Notes under the pieces: model-generated
Database searches by the model: none
Told to the model about the DNA's origin: nothing
The model's input: only the letters and a program-made list of their open reading frames with translations
Made by a program: the position numbers and the translations under genes
From: the human T2T-CHM13v2.0 reference genome, Homo sapiens
Strand: one strand, 5' to 3'
Assembly: GCF_009914755.1 (NCBI RefSeq)
Contig: NC_060948.1
DNA: 64,000 nucleotides
In this document: positions 59,767 to 64,000 of the stretch, one piece after another
How the letters are laid out: every line of letters starts with the position of its first letter
Position numbering within the stretch: the first letter of the stretch is position 1

Positions 59767-61159
59767 TGACAGACTGAAAGACATAAAATGTCAAAATGTG
59801 AGACTCTCTCATGTGGCTAAACACCCTCCTACTGAAGAGACAGAACTGAGCCCAAGAGCATTCACGTGCTGGTGAGAGGTGGTGGCCAGGGGCAGGCAGA
59901 TGGTTGCACCACTCTCAGGGTCAGCATCCTCCCCAGTGTGGCACGGGGTAGGGGAGGGGGTAAGGGGCCTGGGCGGCTGTAGCCTAAAGGCACGCAGAGG
60001 GCAAGAGACTACTTGGTGGGCCCCTGCCAACCTTCAGTTCACTGAGCGTCTGGTGCCAGGACACTCCATGTGGACTCTGCCCTGGGAGAAGTGCCCTTGC
60101 CCAGTGCTCTTTATCAGTGTCTGTGACACGCTGTCTCCAGTCCTCCTCAATAGCATACCTTGGCCAACATTTGGCTCATGGAAAAACACTTTGCTCTTCA
60201 CTGAACAGTTTCTTTTTCACAACTGAGCAAATGACTGATGAGGTGACCACACTCATGACCATACTCATCTGTTGTTGGTGGGTGGGGGGTGGACTGGATG
60301 AGGACAGCATTCGGCAACACTCCTTCTAGCCTCCCCACTGTAAAGTGCCGCAATTACTATGAGAGTCCTGTGGGAGGCCAGGGTAGTCCAGGGTTTCCCT
60401 TTGGGCCATCAGCATTCCAACCACTCCTCCTACTTCTGGCCCCTGGAGAACTAAATCACCACCATGCACTTCCCATTCCACCTGTGCCTCAGCCCGAGGG
60501 TCCTGCTCTTCCTGCATATTCAAGCTGATCTTTCTAGGGAGTAGCCTGCACTGTGCCAACACTACCCCCTTTTCACAGGCAGCACCTCCCTGTGCTGGGG
60601 AGCCTCAGTCTGCTCTTGGGCTCAGGCCCCTAGGCTCAGGTTAGCTGACATTCCCAGGAAATCCTACAACTTCTTTCCTTTCATGGCTCTAAGACACAGT
60701 CCATTATCAGTCTCATTGTAAAAGACGTTTCTAAAGAGTGTCCTCCTTTCTTTCCCAACACTAGCGGGGACAGTAAGTGATGTTTCCTGGGAGATGCTAT
60801 GGTGTTATTTTTGCACTACAAGGGCTCTGAAGACTGCCAGGCTTGAAGTGAAGAACAATATCACCTGCCTATCCCAGCCAGGTGACAACAGACAAGGGGC
60901 TTCATCTCTGATCTGTTTTCCAGCTGTACTGGGCACATTCCTCCCCTCACCCTGACTCAGAAGGTGTTAGCAATAATGGACACTCCTCTACCTTCTGCCA
61001 CCCTCTGAACAATACCACACTTCCATCAAATGGATTCATCCCACATGTAAAGCTCATCACTTCTAGAGGGAGAAAGGTAATGTTTTCATAACACTTTCAT
61101 TTGATCTCATTTAGAAGGTACTTGAGGAATAGAGAAGACTGGGTTTTCTCTGGGATTAT

Positions 61160-61496
61160 TCTTAGGCGTTTCTTAATGACTGGGACATGTTCTGAAGAAT
61201 GTGTCGTTACACAATTTCATCATTGTGCTATCATAGAACATACACACCTGACCCTAGATGGCATAGCCTACTCCACACCCAGGCTGTACAGTATGGCCTG
61301 TTGCTCAAGGCTACACACGTGTACAGCATGTTACTGTACTGGATACTGTAGGCAACTGTAACACAGTGGTATTTGTGTATCTAAATGTATATAAACACAG
61401 AAAAGTTATAGTAAAAGATGGTATAATCTCATGGGACCACCATCAGATACACCATCCATCACCAACAGAAACATGCTTATGAGGCACAGGACTGTA
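61160..61496 (+). mobile_element. Tigger3a/MER7A-like Tc1-mariner MITE
   Basis: cttaatgactgggacatgttctga...ctagatggcatagcctact...gtacagcatgttactgtact...atgggaccacc...gactgTA. Confidence 0.85.
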
Positions 61497-61497
61497 A

Positions 61498-61621
61498 CTG
61501 CAGCCCCTGCCATGAGGTCAATGGCAGCCTGGATAGGGGGATTGGACTTCATGTTTGCCCACTCTTCTGCTGGTCTTATGGAAGGCAGCTCTCTGGAGCT
61601 TATGACAGGCGCCACATATCC
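61498..61621 (-). pseudogene. SLC25A15P1: SLC25A15-like first coding exon (ATG at 61552), donor lost
   Basis: cccccag|GGATATG...ATGAAGTCCAATCCC...GCTGCAG|ttacagt; 55 coding nt. Confidence 0.93.
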
Positions 61622-62212
61622 CTGGGGGGAGGCAAGATTTCACCATTAGTCCAAGTCTGCAGCCTCCCATTCTCTAGGCCTGCAGCCACATTACTGGACC
61701 TAAACTTCTGGGAGCCATGAACTGGGCTCTACATTGTTCCAAAGGAAAGGGGCTCAAGGTATCAGTGCAGCTTAGCAATTGTCCCTTAGAAAGCTCACAG
61801 ATCAAAAACCTCCCTGTGTATCAATTCTACAGCCACCAGCAGCATTTCAACTGACCTTTCTGAAAACTGAAAAAATGAACACCAAATAAGTAAGCCAACC
61901 ATTGATGTACTAACCAACAGCAGGATGTTTTTTAAAGGCCTTCACTGAGCCATCAACTGAACAGGCTCAGTTCTAAATCAGACAGCAGCCTGTGCTGGGT
62001 GCCTAAGGGGATGTCACAAGACAGTAGGTCTGGAAAGAAGCAGCCAGGCAGCCAAGAATGGGAGCTGCACCCCAGGATCACAAACACCTTGGTGAATGCC
62101 TGCTCTACCTGCAGTGTGGTCACTTTGGCCTCTACAGGTGGAAGTCTTCATCTGTACAAGGTGAATAATAAAAATATTATAAAACAAAGGCAGTCACAAA
62201 TAGCCACATTGG

Positions 62213-62734
62213 TGTTGAGGTGATCAAACTGAACACCAGACCATGGGGGCTACAAAGTCTGGTGGAGTCAAAGGAATGAGACAAGACAAGCTAATAGTAC
62301 ATAAAGTAGGTCCAGGGGGCCAACACTAGTATAGAGGCTGTGAAGGCCGTGAACTCTGGGAGCCACACCATTTATTGGTGGTTAAACAAAGAAGCAGATG
62401 ATGAGGACATGCTGGTCGAAAGGAAGCAGTCACATCAAGTGTTTAGTTTATAGCTGTGTCAGTCTAGCATTTTCTTTGAAGCATAAGGAACATGTTCTGC
62501 CACTCGAGATAATGTTGAACATTTCCTTCTACCTCAAGATACAATTAATTTGTGATCCTGGGAGAGCAAGAAGCAAGGAGCCAGCAAGTCTGGACACATT
62601 CCAGAGGCCACGAGGGGTTTTATGTCCTGATTCCTGGATTCCATCCAAGCCACGAGGGGTTTTATGCCCTGGGCTTAGGTTGTAGTGTGGTGGGGCAGCC
62701 TTCCACCCTTAAGCACAGAACCTGGTGTTCCACA
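62213..62734 (-). mobile_element. ERVK-class solo LTR (LTR3/HML-6-like)
   Basis: TG..CA ends, ~520 bp, AATAAA on the - strand, duplicated gccacgaggggttttatg; subfamily from recall. Confidence 0.7.
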
Positions 62735-62944
62735 GGCCACAAGAAGTTTTAAACTCTGTAGTGAGGATATGTTCCAAGGCTCTTTTCATATTATGTCAGA
62801 CTAGCAAGTCTTGCCTCAGCTTTTCTCCCAACAATTGGACTGATGAGTTGCTCTACTGGGCACAAGCATCATGGGTTCTTAAAACAAGGCCCTGGACAAG
62901 CACCAAATATGTTCCTATCACCACATTCCACTAGCCCTTCAACT

Positions 62945-63200
62945 ATAAACATGCACAGGAGTCACCTGGGGGCCTTGCTAAATAAAATGCAGCTTCTGAT
63001 TCAATAGTCTCAAACAGGATCAGAGATTCTGCCTCTCTTGTTGAGTTCCCAAGTAAGGCAGACCATGCCAGTCCACAGACTCACACTTTGAGATACAGCA
63101 CCTGGGCCATTGTGTTCTAATGTGCTTGATAACCTGGAGCACCTATTAAATATCCAAGTTGCCAGGACTTTCTTCTGGAAATCTTAATTCAGTATGTTTT
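62945..63200. mobile_element. MER5-like hAT remnant(s)
   Basis: ggagtcacctgggggccttgctaaa..aatgcag..tctgattc...cacactttgag. Confidence 0.65.
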
Positions 63201-63349
63201 GTTTGGAGCCTTGGACATTTGGGAAAATTAGAATTTCTTTCTCTCCCTTTAGACAAAAGTCAACTACTGCTGAGGCATGTGCTTAATGTTGACTAAAACA
63301 TCCAACTCAACAACCAATCCTGTATAATTTTCAAACTCTGTCAATAACT

Positions 63350-63849
63350 TGCTGGGTCTAACCTGCATAACCTGGCTGCATGACGGGTGAAGAAATGCAC
63401 TCAGACACAGGTATCCCATGAAAGAGTGGGGTAGGGGACTGGGCAGCTCCCAGACACTGAGGAGGGTGCTGTAAAGAGTCAGCAGTCACAGCCCTGTCAG
63501 GCTGGGGCTCCAGGCATTTATTCAGCACAGTTTTAATGACAAAGGTCTCAAGTAAACACCACACCTCTAGAGGGAAATTAACATTGCTGACCTCCTGAGT
63601 AGAGAGCAGTCATGCACCTGCAAATGATCAAAGGTCTGTTTTAGGACCACATGAGAAAACAAGCTATTTAGATAAACTCCTCTACATTCCTATGTATCTA
63701 CGCCCTAAGCTTTTAAGAGAATTCAGCTGCCTTCACCCAAATCTTTTACTGAAGCTATGTAAACCTGCCAGCCTTCCAAGAAGTTTTGTGTCTATTTCCT
63801 ACAACTTAATTTTTATAATTTCTCCCACCATCCTGACAGATCCCCTACA
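63350..63849 (-). mobile_element. LTR22-type (HERV-K HML-5) solo LTR
   Basis: The - strand begins TGTAGGGGATCTGTCAGGATGGTGGGAGAAATTATA; 500 bp; AATAAA on the - strand. Confidence 0.8.
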
Positions 63850-64000
63850 AAAGGCCATATTTCTTCTGAGCTTGCTCAGTCCAGCTGAGCCAGCTTTCCA
63901 CTTGACTCCTGAATGTGCGAAGGACGCAGGTTCCCAGGACCATCCAGAAGCATCTCTCATCACCTTAAAGCTCTGAAACACTGGCTGGGTGCAGAGGATC

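Overview
Human genomic DNA: the window carries a consensus-like AluYa5, a human-specific subfamily. It holds no intact protein-coding gene. On the + strand are 16 exons of an unprocessed TPTE2/TPIP (voltage-sensing phosphatase) pseudogene, 2725-49.8 kb. It is disabled by a premature TAA, two frameshifts and four broken splice sites. Its introns contain a 5' U2 snRNA fragment, a full-length processed cytochrome c (CYCS) pseudogene nested in an L1, a MER85 with a mirrored end, and many Alu/L1/LTR/DNA-transposon remnants. Tail-to-tail on the - strand is an unprocessed SLC25A15 (ornithine carrier) pseudogene with three recognisable exons; the middle coding exons appear absent. The gene order and spacing match my recollection of TPTE2P4-CYCSP49-SLC25A15P1 on distal Yq. 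Paralogous copies of this duplicated block exist on chr13/21/22, so the copy assignment needs alignment. I found no supportable novel biological system. The best leads are a splice-intact voltage-sensor-only reading frame, a perfect 29-bp hairpin, a head-to-head MER85 palindrome, a transposon-built splice donor and several fossils of ancestral protein states. Reference protein and repeat consensus comparisons were made from memory.
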